This document shows positions 36,928 through 47,500 of a DNA stretch of 64,000 nucleotides, one piece after another. Position numbers and translations under genes: made by a program. The notes beneath the pieces are model-generated. The model did not search any database and had not been told where the DNA came from. It was given only the letters and a program-made list of their open reading frames with translations. This DNA comes from Bacteroidota bacterium. Its GTDB lineage: Bacteria > Bacteroidota > Bacteroidia > Bacteroidales > VadinHA17. The stretch spans positions 42,809 through 106,808 of the forward strand of contig JAYEGY010000117.1 in the NCBI GenBank assembly GCA_034659275.1, given 5' to 3'. Each line of letters opens with the position of its first letter. Position 1 is the stretch's first letter.

Positions 36928-38043
36928 ATGAATAGTAACAGGCTGCTTCCTCTGATTCTTATTTTCTTTCTGACAGTTAAACCGGGTATGCTGCTGTCGC
37001 AGACTGACAGTCTTCATAAGCCGGTAGTGATCGGTTTGCATGGTTCATATGGATTCATAATTCCACATTCCAGTAAGATTGAACCTGTTTCTCATAGCAA
37101 TCCGTTTTCGTTAGAGCTGAACTTCGCCCTGCATCTCACTGACGAAGATATCTGGAAGTACTGCTTCTGCTATCCCCGGCTGGGGGCAGCTGTTCATTAC
37201 GTCGATTTTGGAAACAGGGAGGAACTCGGTTCGGCAATTGCACTGTACCCCTATATTGAACCATTCATAGGGGCAGGCAAAAGGCTTAGCATGGCTGTGC
37301 GCTTTGGACTGGGAATATCATATCAGACAACCATCTATGATGAGATCGATAATCCACGTAACTTGTTTTTCGGATCCCATTTTGCCTTTATAGCCATGCT
37401 TAACACGAGCCTGAATTTTAAGCTGAATGAGAACATGTACGGCAGGCTTTCTTTTAATTACAACCATCTCTCTAATGGCGGTGCCATCAAACCTAATCTT
37501 GGGATTAACTACCCCCTTTTTGGCCTTGGACTGGATTACGTTATTAAACCATATGACTTTGAAGAGAGGGAAAAGAACAGGGATATAATTTTGAATCCGG
37601 ACAGGAACCGCTTTGACCTGGCTCTCTTCTTTTCGGGACGTGAGGGTAAAGATTTTGACCGCTGGTTCGGGGTTTATGGCATCTGGGGTGGCTACAGCCG
37701 GATGGTTGGCAGGATAAGTGCCTTTTACACCGGGGCGGAGTTCGTTTCCGATCATCTTCTAAAAAGAACGGTCTGGCAGGATTATAAGGACGGCACTATA
37801 GATGAATTACCCGATCATAAGAGGCTAAGCATCCTCCTGGGTCATGAACTCGTGCTGGGTAATTTTCTTTTTTCACAGTATGCAGGCATCTATGTTTATT
37901 CCCCTGTCACTGCACCCAAACCATGGTACCAGAGGTATGCCCTGCTTTACAACTTTGCACCCTCTACATGGATCGGTGTAAATGCCAAATCCCATTACCA
38001 GGTTATCGATTTCATCGACCTGAGGCTGGTAAGGTCATTCTGA
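36928..38043 (+). CDS. Acyloxyacyl hydrolase / lipid A deacylase (PagL-like) outer-membrane protein with extra C-terminal half
   Basis: 371-aa ORF with a signal peptide. The N-terminal ~190 aa looks like a beta-barrel with the HxSNG motif (FNYNHLSNGGAIKPNLGIN) typical of the PagL family. A further ~170 aa is beta-rich and ends …LRLVRSF. Confidence 0.55.
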   Translation: MNSNRLLPLILIFFLTVKPGMLLSQTDSLHKPVVIGLHGSYGFIIPHSSKIEPVSHSNPFSLELNFALHLTDEDIWKYCFCYPRLGAAVHYVDFGNREELGSAIALYPYIEPFIGAGKRLSMAVRFGLGISYQTTIYDEIDNPRNLFFGSHFAFIAMLNTSLNFKLNENMYGRLSFNYNHLSNGGAIKPNLGINYPLFGLGLDYVIKPYDFEEREKNRDIILNPDRNRFDLALFFSGREGKDFDRWFGVYGIWGGYSRMVGRISAFYTGAEFVSDHLLKRTVWQDYKDGTIDELPDHKRLSILLGHELVLGNFLFSQYAGIYVYSPVTAPKPWYQRYALLYNFAPSTWIGVNAKSHYQVIDFIDLRLVRSF

Positions 38044-38064
38044 TGATTTTAGAGATCCTTCGCT

Positions 38065-38113
38065 GCGCTCAGGATGACAAGGCGCTCAGGATGACAAGGC
38101 GCTCAGGATGACA
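38065..38113. repeat. 3 x 17-bp tandem repeat gcgctcaggatgacaag filling the convergent spacer
   Basis: Units at 38065-38081, 38082-38098 and 38099-38113. The last unit abuts the TAA (38114-38116) of the minus-strand S9 peptidase. Confidence 0.9.
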
Positions 38114-40645
38114 TTATTTCATGAGTTCGTAGCCCAGGTCATACTCCTTCTCAACGGCTGGTATACCTTTCTTCATCCATTTTGGCATTGGTTCGCCCTT
38201 AAGGTAATGAGCGAAGAACTGCGCCAGCCGTATCTGGAAATCCTGTTTGTTCTTAAGCTGCTGGGGCCAGTGAGGTTCACCGGTATAGTTAAGCATCCAG
38301 ACCGGTTTTTGTAACCTGCGGAGAGCTATAAAATACTCAATACCCTGATACCATGGCACATGACCATCCTTGTCGTTATGCATGATCAGTATGGGCGTGG
38401 TAACCTTATCCATTGTGAATAATGGTGAATTTTCAAAATACCTCAACGGCTCTTCCCAGATACTCCCGCCTATCCTGCTCTGTGTATGCTCATACTGGAA
38501 CGACCTGTTAAGTCCCGTCCACCAACGTATACCGCCATAGGCACTGAACATATTAACCACAGGGGCTCCGGATTCAATAGCGGCAAACATGTCAGTCCGG
38601 GTTGCAAGATAAGCCACCTGGTAACCACCCCAGCTATGCCCCTGGGCACCTATGCTCTCAGGATCAATAAATCCTTCGTCCACAAGGACAGTTACACCGG
38701 GCATTACGCAGTTATAAGCACTCTCACCGGGGTAACCTTCCTGGTAGTAAACGTCGGGATTGAATATTACGTAGCCATTACTTGTATAATAATGATAATC
38801 TATAGTGGACCGGTGCAATTCAGGGATCCTGTGATTATACAAACCGCCTGATGACTTTTCATAAAAATTAACGATCATAGGGTATTTCTTCGACGGATCA
38901 AAATTTTCCGGCTTATAAAGCAATCCCTCCAGTTTCATGCCATCGAGTGATGTCCAGTTATATAGTTCAGCTGTACCCCAGAGGAATTCATCCTGTTGCG
39001 GATTGGCATTGCTTATCCTGGTACTGCTCCTGAATTTCAGGTCTGATACCAGGAGATCAGGGAAGATATCAAAGGTTTCCCTGGAGTATATAACGGTCTC
39101 TGCATCATCAGCTTTCTGCGGACGTGAAAGTTCATACTCACCGCCGATTAAGAGATCAGGTTCGGATGCTTTCTTCAATCCCCACTTATAATATCCTGAT
39201 TCACGGCTTTCCTCATTGGTGCCTGTGAGATATTGTATTTCCTTATCACTGATAAAATCTTCATCTCTGTCAAAACGTATGAGCCTGTAGGTTATTTTAT
39301 CTTCACGTCCACTAACTGTCATGTTAACAGGAACATATGCATTTTCTGGGTCCACCTTCCAGATATCATACCGGTCGTATATAAGCACTGCAGCATCTTC
39401 TTCAAGCCAGCCCGGCGATCCGTAAGGATAGGCATAATTAGGCACATCATTCAGTTCGTTCTCTGCCCTGACGGTTCGTGGCTCAGTAATCCGGTATTCT
39501 TTCCCTGACTCTATGTCATAAGTATAGTATGAATAATCAGGGTAATTGAACCATGCCAGGTAATTGCCACCGGGAGATGACTCCACCCTGGCACGTATAT
39601 CCTTCTTGATCATCTCTCTCTCTCCCGTGGCCAGGTCCATCAGGTATACATCATAATGATCAGGACTTCCCTCCCACATCGATTGCAGTTCGTATGGTTT
39701 GTTTGAAAGCAGAAGTACATGTTTGGAATTCCCGTCATCAATAAGCCTGGAATCGGGGATGTCCTCTGTTTCAACCTGCAATGTTTTATGAGTTTCCCTG
39801 TCATACATTGCGAGGTAGGTTCTTTTCAGTATTCGTTCTCTATTTATTACCTGCACCGTATGAAGAATCCCTTCACGGCCATGCCAAATGTCAACATTAG
39901 GGTATTCCTCGTCAAGTATTGTGCTATCACGCTCAGGCCGCACGGGGGCAGTACCAAAAAACAACCTTGTGCCATCATCAGAAAATATTATCCTGCCATT
40001 TTCACTTATTTCCCAATCTTCGGGGAAGGCATCATTATCATTATTTACTACTTCCTCAGCCCTGTCACCTGACCAGAGGTAAAGAGAATAATCTGAACCT
40101 TCATCATCCCCATTTGCAGAAAGGAAAGCCAGCATATCACCATTTTCAGTTATGGCAAGCTGCTTATATTCATTTTCACCGGTCATTATCTCATTAAGCT
40201 TTTCCTCGGCTAAATCATAAAGATATATTCCTGGCTCAAATTCCTTATCGTCGCCTGTTGAAACAAAAAACAGTTTCCTGCCTTTCTCGGCAAAATTATA
40301 TTCAGTGACGAAAGGCCAGGTTAGTAATTCACTGTTTGTAAGATTTTTAAAGTAAAGCACAGAACCATTTTCCCCGGATTCTTTTTTAGCTTTTCCCTCT
40401 TCTTCACCTTCCTCCTTTTTCTCTTTCTCTTCCTTCTTCCCCGATTCAGCAGGCTCCAGCTGGTAAGCAATATAAGGTGCCCATTCTTCGGGTATTTTAT
40501 AGTTTTTGAATTCTTTCAGGGAATCAATTGTCCCAGAGCTTATATTGTATATGCCAAGTACATCACCAGGCATATCTTCCTCTTTTGTATCCTTGAGTTT
40601 CAACTCCCTCACACGTTCATATTCAGGCTCAATGGTAAATATCAT
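38114..40645 (-). CDS. S9 family serine peptidase (beta-propeller + alpha/beta hydrolase); 5' part frameshifted
   Basis: 843-aa ORF with nucleophile GHSWGGYQ. The same frame is open upstream to ~40912 without a start codon. A signal-peptide mini-ORF starting at 40914 lies in another frame (see findings). Confidence 0.85.
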   Translation of the reverse strand: MIFTIEPEYERVRELKLKDTKEEDMPGDVLGIYNISSGTIDSLKEFKNYKIPEEWAPYIAYQLEPAESGKKEEKEKKEEGEEEGKAKKESGENGSVLYFKNLTNSELLTWPFVTEYNFAEKGRKLFFVSTGDDKEFEPGIYLYDLAEEKLNEIMTGENEYKQLAITENGDMLAFLSANGDDEGSDYSLYLWSGDRAEEVVNNDNDAFPEDWEISENGRIIFSDDGTRLFFGTAPVRPERDSTILDEEYPNVDIWHGREGILHTVQVINRERILKRTYLAMYDRETHKTLQVETEDIPDSRLIDDGNSKHVLLLSNKPYELQSMWEGSPDHYDVYLMDLATGEREMIKKDIRARVESSPGGNYLAWFNYPDYSYYTYDIESGKEYRITEPRTVRAENELNDVPNYAYPYGSPGWLEEDAAVLIYDRYDIWKVDPENAYVPVNMTVSGREDKITYRLIRFDRDEDFISDKEIQYLTGTNEESRESGYYKWGLKKASEPDLLIGGEYELSRPQKADDAETVIYSRETFDIFPDLLVSDLKFRSSTRISNANPQQDEFLWGTAELYNWTSLDGMKLEGLLYKPENFDPSKKYPMIVNFYEKSSGGLYNHRIPELHRSTIDYHYYTSNGYVIFNPDVYYQEGYPGESAYNCVMPGVTVLVDEGFIDPESIGAQGHSWGGYQVAYLATRTDMFAAIESGAPVVNMFSAYGGIRWWTGLNRSFQYEHTQSRIGGSIWEEPLRYFENSPLFTMDKVTTPILIMHNDKDGHVPWYQGIEYFIALRRLQKPVWMLNYTGEPHWPQQLKNKQDFQIRLAQFFAHYLKGEPMPKWMKKGIPAVEKEYDLGYELMK

Positions 40646-40960
40646 AAATTCTGAATCATCCGTAATCTTTATGTCGGTACCACATTCTGACTCATATTTT
40701 TTTTCACCTTTCTTATCATAGAGAAATATTTTTGAATCACCTCGCCATGGTTCGATCTTATATGCTATCCATTCACCATCGTCTGAAATTACCCTTTCGG
40801 TAATCCTGTTCCACGATTCAATATCATCATGTGTAAGGTTTTTTTCTGTGCTGTAAGATTGGATGCAAAAAGGAAAAACAAGAAAGCCAGAAAATATGAA
40901 TTGATTTTTTTCATTGTATGAAGTGTTTATTTCGTGTTTTTAATTTGCACTTATACGTGC

Positions 40961-40992
40961 TAATTCGTATAAATTCGTGATAATTCGTATTA
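40961..40992 (-). repeat. 3 x 10-bp tandem units (taattcgtat aaattcgtga taattcgtat) abutting and including the tlpA-like stop codon
   Basis: Read directly. The unit family ATTCGYRTWA is the same as at 6161-6180. Confidence 0.8.
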
Positions 40993-42090
40993 CTCTCCGA
41001 GTTTTTCAGCTACCGTTCTTCTTAGTTCCGGGCCCCGGACGTTAGTTGCAATTATCTTACCTTCTGAATCCAGGAGGAAATTTGCCGGTATTGCAGTTAC
41101 GGCATACAATTGTGCGGCTTTATTTTGCCAGTATTGAAGATCAGAAACCTGGGTCCATACAAGGCTGTCTTCTTCAATAGCTTTAAGCCAGTCATCCTTA
41201 TCCCTGTCAAGGGAAACACCGAGAACATCAAAACCCTTATCATGAAATTCATTATATACAGCTACTACATTAGGATTTTCCTGTCGGCATGGATCACACC
41301 ACGCTGCCCAGAAATCAACAAGCAGGAGCTCAGGGCCGACAACATCAGAAAGGCTTACAGGATTGCCCAGGGTATCATTCAGCGTAAAATCAGGTGCCAT
41401 CTTACCTATGGCAACCTTTTTAAGTTTTTCAATCCTGTCCTTAAGATCAATAATTATTTCTGTCCCCAACAGTTTAGGATCCAGGAGTTCGACAAATGAT
41501 TCTATCTCTTCCACGCTTATGTCATAAGTTTCGGAATTGAGTACGTGTGGCGCAACGTAAGATGCAGGATGTGATCTTACATATACCAGGTTGTATTCGG
41601 TAATCTCTTCAAAAAGTAGATTCCTTTCTGCTTCGAGTTCGGGTAATTTTAGTGTGTCACCTTGCTGTCTTGCATTCCTTATTTCGTTAAACAGGGTAAT
41701 ATTTCTTTCGTATAAGGGATCGAGTCCATTATTGTATTCATCATATTCATCCTGTGTAAAAGAGCCTTCTACAACTGCATTAAATAATGAGTCGGCATGG
41801 CCGTTTACATTTAATTTTGTATTCTCAAGGAAGAACACTAAATATCCTCCTTTACCTTCGACATTTAAATAATAAGCATCAGGGTAATCAACTGAACCAC
41901 CGTTTATCTGAAAAGTACCGCCTTCAATAGAAGCAGAATCTATTTTGATAAATTGATCTGACCTGCGTTTCTGAAGGTATACCTTCCCTTCGTCAATACC
42001 TTCCAGTTCACCTTCTACAGTATACCTGGGATCAGATGTGCAACTTATGATAAAGACTACCGAAATAATAAGAAAGAATAGTTTTTTCAT
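40990..42090 (-). CDS. TlpA-family thiol:disulfide oxidoreductase lipoprotein
   Basis: 366-aa ORF with lipobox IISC, an N-terminal DUF4369-like beta domain and a C-terminal thioredoxin fold with WAAWCDPC. Confidence 0.8.
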   Translation of the reverse strand: MKKLFFLIISVVFIISCTSDPRYTVEGELEGIDEGKVYLQKRRSDQFIKIDSASIEGGTFQINGGSVDYPDAYYLNVEGKGGYLVFFLENTKLNVNGHADSLFNAVVEGSFTQDEYDEYNNGLDPLYERNITLFNEIRNARQQGDTLKLPELEAERNLLFEEITEYNLVYVRSHPASYVAPHVLNSETYDISVEEIESFVELLDPKLLGTEIIIDLKDRIEKLKKVAIGKMAPDFTLNDTLGNPVSLSDVVGPELLLVDFWAAWCDPCRQENPNVVAVYNEFHDKGFDVLGVSLDRDKDDWLKAIEEDSLVWTQVSDLQYWQNKAAQLYAVTAIPANFLLDSEGKIIATNVRGPELRRTVAEKLGE

Positions 42091-42130
42091 ATTGATATTT
42101 TTAAAGTACGCAAAAGAAATAAAAAAAATA

Positions 42131-43234
42131 TCAATGTTTCTTCTTTTTGTAATATTTATTCAGCATTTCTCCTGCTGCTGCGTATGATGTTATTTTACCT
42201 GCATGAAGATCAGCCTCAAGGCCTGGTAATATTGCACTTATTTCAGGATCGTTATAGAATGAAGATTTCAGGTTCTCCATAATGAAATCATGCATCCTGA
42301 TTACTGATTGTCTTTTTCGCTTCTCACTAAAAAAGCCATTACTCTTTGTCAGTTCTATCTGTTCAGTTATGGTATTCCATATTTCACCTATTCCCCTTAC
42401 TTCAATAGCGCTACAGGTTAAGACCCTGGGTTTCCACCCCGATTTACTCGGAGGGAAAAGCGACAGGGCATTCTGAAATTCTGTCTTTGTCATTTCAGCC
42501 CTGTGTATATTATTTCCGTCAGCTTTATTTATAATGATCGCATCAGCCATTTCCATTATCCCTCTCTTTATGCCCTGCAATTCATCACCCGCACCTGCAA
42601 TCATCAATAATAAAAAAAAGTCGACCATTGAATGCACCATCGTTTCTGATTGCCCTACACCAACTGTTTCCACAAAGATTGTATTAAAGCCTGCCGCTTC
42701 GCACAGTATTATTGATTCCCTGGTTTTTCTTGCCACGCCTCCCAGGGAACCGGCTGAAGGAGACGGTCGTATGAATGCCTGCGAATTACCGGCCAGTGCT
42801 TCCATTCTTGTCTTATCCCCGAGAATACTCCCTTTTGAGTTTTCACTGCTGGGGTCAATAGCCAGCACTGCCAGCTTTCTGTTCATTGCTGTAACTTTCT
42901 TCCCCAGTGTTTCTATAAAGGTGCTCTTGCCGGCTCCAGGCACACCGGTAATGCCTATCCTCACAGAATCTTCTCCATAGGGGAGGCAGGCCTCTATTAT
43001 TTTCTGGGCAAATTCGAAATGTTCCGGTTTATTGCTTTCGACAAGGGTTATGGCCTGGCTTAATAAGGTTATATTACCTCCAAGGATGCCATCAACGTAT
43101 TCATTTACTGAATATTCCTTCCTCTTCTTCCTTACCTTTCCCAGCAGTTCAGGATTAACAGATGGTGGTTGGGGAATACCTTTACTTACTGAAAGGTTAG
43201 GTTTTCCAGTGCTCTTCTTTTTCTTATCCTGCAT
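42131..43234 (-). CDS. meaB: Methylmalonyl-CoA mutase-associated GTPase MeaB (ArgK family)
   Basis: 367-aa ORF with P-loop GVPGAGKST and the NKAD motif. Confidence 0.85.
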   Translation of the reverse strand: MQDKKKKSTGKPNLSVSKGIPQPPSVNPELLGKVRKKRKEYSVNEYVDGILGGNITLLSQAITLVESNKPEHFEFAQKIIEACLPYGEDSVRIGITGVPGAGKSTFIETLGKKVTAMNRKLAVLAIDPSSENSKGSILGDKTRMEALAGNSQAFIRPSPSAGSLGGVARKTRESIILCEAAGFNTIFVETVGVGQSETMVHSMVDFFLLLMIAGAGDELQGIKRGIMEMADAIIINKADGNNIHRAEMTKTEFQNALSLFPPSKSGWKPRVLTCSAIEVRGIGEIWNTITEQIELTKSNGFFSEKRKRQSVIRMHDFIMENLKSSFYNDPEISAILPGLEADLHAGKITSYAAAGEMLNKYYKKKKH

Positions 43235-43244
43235 TAATAATCAA

Positions 43245-44333
43245 CTAGTCATTCTCCAGGACCATACCACTTACCACGAGGCTCACCTGGCTCTTTTTCG
43301 GATCATTTGTGATTACTGTTATCACCTTATGTTGTTTACCCTTCCTTATACCAGCATCGAAAACAGCCTTTATAGTTCTTGATTCACCGGGTTTAATTGT
43401 AGTATTGGCTGGTGTAACAGTTGTACAACCGCATGATGCTCTCACTTTGCGTATTATAAGGTCACTCTTCCCGGAGTTTTTAAATTTGAACTCGACATTG
43501 GCTTTTTCTCTTTGTTTTATTTCTCCGAAATCGAAACGTGTATTTTCTACGTCAAAGACAGGAGCATTTTCCAGTTCCTTTTTAGACCATGAACTGAAAT
43601 CTTCAACCAGGTTTGCAGATACAACAAAATAAGCATTTTTTACAGTCTGACCATCTCTTTTAAGACGGATCAGGTGATTCACATAACCCCAGTCATTTAT
43701 CTTGCCCGCATCATAAGTGCCCTCTATTATGCCTTTCTCACCGGGATCCAGTGTGGCAGGTTTTGTTCTCAGGCTCACGTGTTCCGGCACCCTGTCAAAT
43801 TCAACGGTGGCAGGTTTATCCGAAGTATTGATTATCTCCATCACCTTGATTTTTTTCTTACCCTGTTCAATATCCGTAAAAGCAAGGTGATTACTTTTAA
43901 ACCTGACACCGTCACCTGCATCAAACCGGTAAATTTCTTCTATTGTGAGTTCCCTGGGGATAACATCACCTTCAATTATGAGGACATGAACGGCAGGTTG
44001 CGTGTTAGTATACACCGCCACTGTTTTCTTAAATTTATTGGGTCGGTTCCTGGGATTATAGGTCACAGATACATATCCTTTCTCTCCCAGCTTAAGTGGA
44101 TGCTTGGTCCATTCAGGTGAGGTACAGCCACATGATGCTGTAACCCTGCTGATCAGAAGATCAGATGTCCCTGTATTTTCAAATTCAAACTTGTGCGTCT
44201 GGGGCCCGGCTTCTTCCTTGAACCTGCCAAAGTCATGCGTTGTTTCCTTAAACTTTATGCCGGCTCCATTAGGTTGGGCATTGGCAATCAAAGTTGTTAA
44301 AAGAATTACAAGAATAAATTGTATTTTTTTCAT
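43245..44333 (-). CDS. DUF1573 domain protein (two copies), secreted
   Basis: 362-aa ORF with a signal peptide and two ASCGCT motifs characteristic of DUF1573. Confidence 0.75.
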   Translation of the reverse strand: MKKIQFILVILLTTLIANAQPNGAGIKFKETTHDFGRFKEEAGPQTHKFEFENTGTSDLLISRVTASCGCTSPEWTKHPLKLGEKGYVSVTYNPRNRPNKFKKTVAVYTNTQPAVHVLIIEGDVIPRELTIEEIYRFDAGDGVRFKSNHLAFTDIEQGKKKIKVMEIINTSDKPATVEFDRVPEHVSLRTKPATLDPGEKGIIEGTYDAGKINDWGYVNHLIRLKRDGQTVKNAYFVVSANLVEDFSSWSKKELENAPVFDVENTRFDFGEIKQREKANVEFKFKNSGKSDLIIRKVRASCGCTTVTPANTTIKPGESRTIKAVFDAGIRKGKQHKVITVITNDPKKSQVSLVVSGMVLEND

Positions 44334-44571
44334 ATTAAATAAAATTTAGTATAGTATCGCCTTGAATATTTAATTATTACGACAAATAATAAAACCAAAT
44401 AGTTGCCCCGGTTGTTATTACAAAAAACAGACCAGTATACATTTTACGGGCTAAAATTAATAAAGTTTGTAATTTTTCGCTATTAATTCATAACATATTA
44501 TCTTAGCTTTGTTTATCAGTGAATTCTTTTGGAATAAAATTTGAAGTCTTTTTTTTTCACAAATATCAAAT

Positions 44572-47500
44572 GTGCATTTGAACGTAAAAATCAGACATAT
44601 AATTCTGACAATCCTTCTTTCTGTAATTAGTGTGACGGCAAACAGCCAGTTTTATAATGGCCTGCAAATGACATTTGGCAAAAACCGCCTGCAATATTAC
44701 GATTTTTACTGGTCATTTTATCGCTTTGACTATTTCGATGTTTATTTTAATGAATACGGTAAAGAACTTGCGCAGTATACTGCCAGTGTAGCACAGGATA
44801 AGATTGCTGAAATCGAGGATTATTTTGATTATATACTTGAGAAAAGACTGATATTTATTACTTACAATCTACACGGGGAGCAAAAACAGACCAATATAGG
44901 CCTGGTAACCGGGCAGGACGATTATAATATCGGGGGCTTTAGCCGGACAATAAAGAACAAGGTGATGCTTTATTATGAAGGCAAGCATGAGGAATACGAT
45001 CAACAGATAGCAGCTGCCATTACGGAGGCAATGATAAACGAGATGCTTTATGATGCAGACCGCAGGGACAGGATACCGGGATCATCACAAATCAGTCTTC
45101 CCGATTGGTATTTGAAAGGCCTGGTAAATTATATTGCCAGGGGTTGGGATTATGAGACAGAGAACAAGGTCAGGGATGGCATACTCTCCGGCAGGTATAA
45201 AAAGCTTAATTTCCTGGAATATGATGCTGCTGTTTATGCAGGCCATTCGTTCTGGAGATACATAGCTAAAACATATGGAGACCCTATTATTCCAAATGTT
45301 ATCTACCTTACAAAGATTTACAAAAATGTGGATGATGGCTTAATGTACGTTCTCGGGATGAAGCTTAAAGACCTTCAGAAAGAATGGTATGAATACTATA
45401 AAGAGTATTATGAAAATATTGAAAATGGGGATCCGACTGATGAACCGGGCGAAAAAATACATGAAACAAAAAAGAGAAGAATAATCCAGGATGTTAGTAT
45501 AAGTCCCGATGAGAGATATGTTGCATATATAACCTATAACTGGGGTAAGCGTAAAATATGGATACATGATACGGAGACCGGCAAGCGGGAAAAGATCTTT
45601 TCTATAGAACCGAAGTATGAACAGGTAACAGACATAAGCTACCCCGTGCTTGGTTGGCATCCTAACAGCCGTATACTTACTTTTATAAATGAAGAAAAAG
45701 GCGACCTGAAAATATACTTCCACCGCCTGGTTGGCAATGAAACAGAAAGCCGTAACCTGCTTTATTTTGAAAAAGTACTGGACTTTGATTACTCACCCAA
45801 TGGTAACAGGCTGGTGATGTCGGCAGTGAAAAACAGCCTCACTGATATATATGTCCATACAATAGCTTCAGGCACTAATGAACAGATAACACGGGATGTC
45901 GCAGACGACCTCAATCCAAGATATATAAAATCTGCTGAAAACAGTATAATATTCAGCTCCAACAGGTTGAACGACACACTGGATATTCCGTTTGACCCGA
46001 TTGCAAAAACAGGATTGACATATGACCTCTTCACTTATGACCTGGAAAAAGATGATAAGGTGGCAATAAGATTATCTGAAGGTGAGTATATCGAACGCTT
46101 CCAACCGATAGCAAGGAACCCCAGGGAGATCTATTATCTCGGGGATATGTCCGGTACAATAAATAAATACGTCGCCAGGTTCGACAGCACAATCAGTTAT
46201 ATTGACACTACTACGCATTACAGGTATTTTATTAAATCGGACCCTCTTACCAATTACAACAGGAATATTATTGAACATGACTTTGCGGGGAACACTGTGG
46301 CCGAGATCAAGTTCAAAGATGGCAGTTACCATTTATATACGGGGCCGGTGAATGAGCAACAACCAATACCTGAGGAAGAACTTGTCACAACTAATTACAG
46401 GGAGGAGAAAACGGAAATACTTCATGAGGCCGACAGCATTGAACAATTGAGGCAAGAACTTATAGAGCTGGACAGGCGCAGGCGTGATACCCTCCAAAAA
46501 CCATTGTATGAGTACTATGCCACTGATGAGCCCATAGATATTAATTATTATATTTTCGAAAAGGAAAAAGAAAATTATTACGAGCAGCAATGGCGTGAAG
46601 ATTATATGGGTATTGAGCTTGATACAGGCAAATTAAAATTCCCGGCAATAAGAATATATGAAACATCTTTCTACAATAATTATATTGCTAACCAGGTAGA
46701 TTTCAATTTCCTGAACCAGTCATACCAGGCATACAGCGGAGGAGCACCATATTTCAACCCGGGCTTCAACCTGCTTACCCAGATAGGGGCAGTTGATCTG
46801 TTTGAAGATTACAAGATAACCGGTGGATTCAGGTTTGCAGGTAATTTTGACAGCAATGAGTACCTGTTAAGCATTGAAAACCTGAAAGGCAGCTTTGACA
46901 AGCAATTTGTATTTCACCGCCAGGCAATAAGCAGCTATAACGACGATGACTATTTCAAAATACACAGCCATAACCTGTATTTCACCCTGGCCAAACCCTT
47001 AAGCCCGGTTCTGGCCCTGAAAGGAACCATAAGCTACAGGAACGACAGGTACGTGGCACTGGCAACCGATATAAACTCACTCAACGACGATGCTATCTAC
47101 CGTAACTGGGGGGGGTTGAAATATGAAATTGTATACGACAATACCAGAAACAGAGGGGTTAACATTTATTTTGGAACCCGATTTAAAATTTTTGGTGAGT
47201 ATTACACCGATGTACAGAAGAAAAAGACAGATATGTTCGTTGTTGGTGCCGATTTCAGGCATTACCTCCGGATACACCGCGACCTGATATGGGCTAACAG
47301 GTTTGCAGCCAGTTCATCTTTCGGTCCAACAAAACTGCTGTACTACCTCGGCGGAGTCGATAATTGGCTCGGCTTCCTGTTCAATGACGTGCCTATGTTT
47401 GATAAATCAGTACCGGTTGATCCTACGGCTAACTATGCTTTTCATACCCTGGCAACCAATATGAGAGGATTCAGCCAGAATATCAGGAATGGTAATAATT

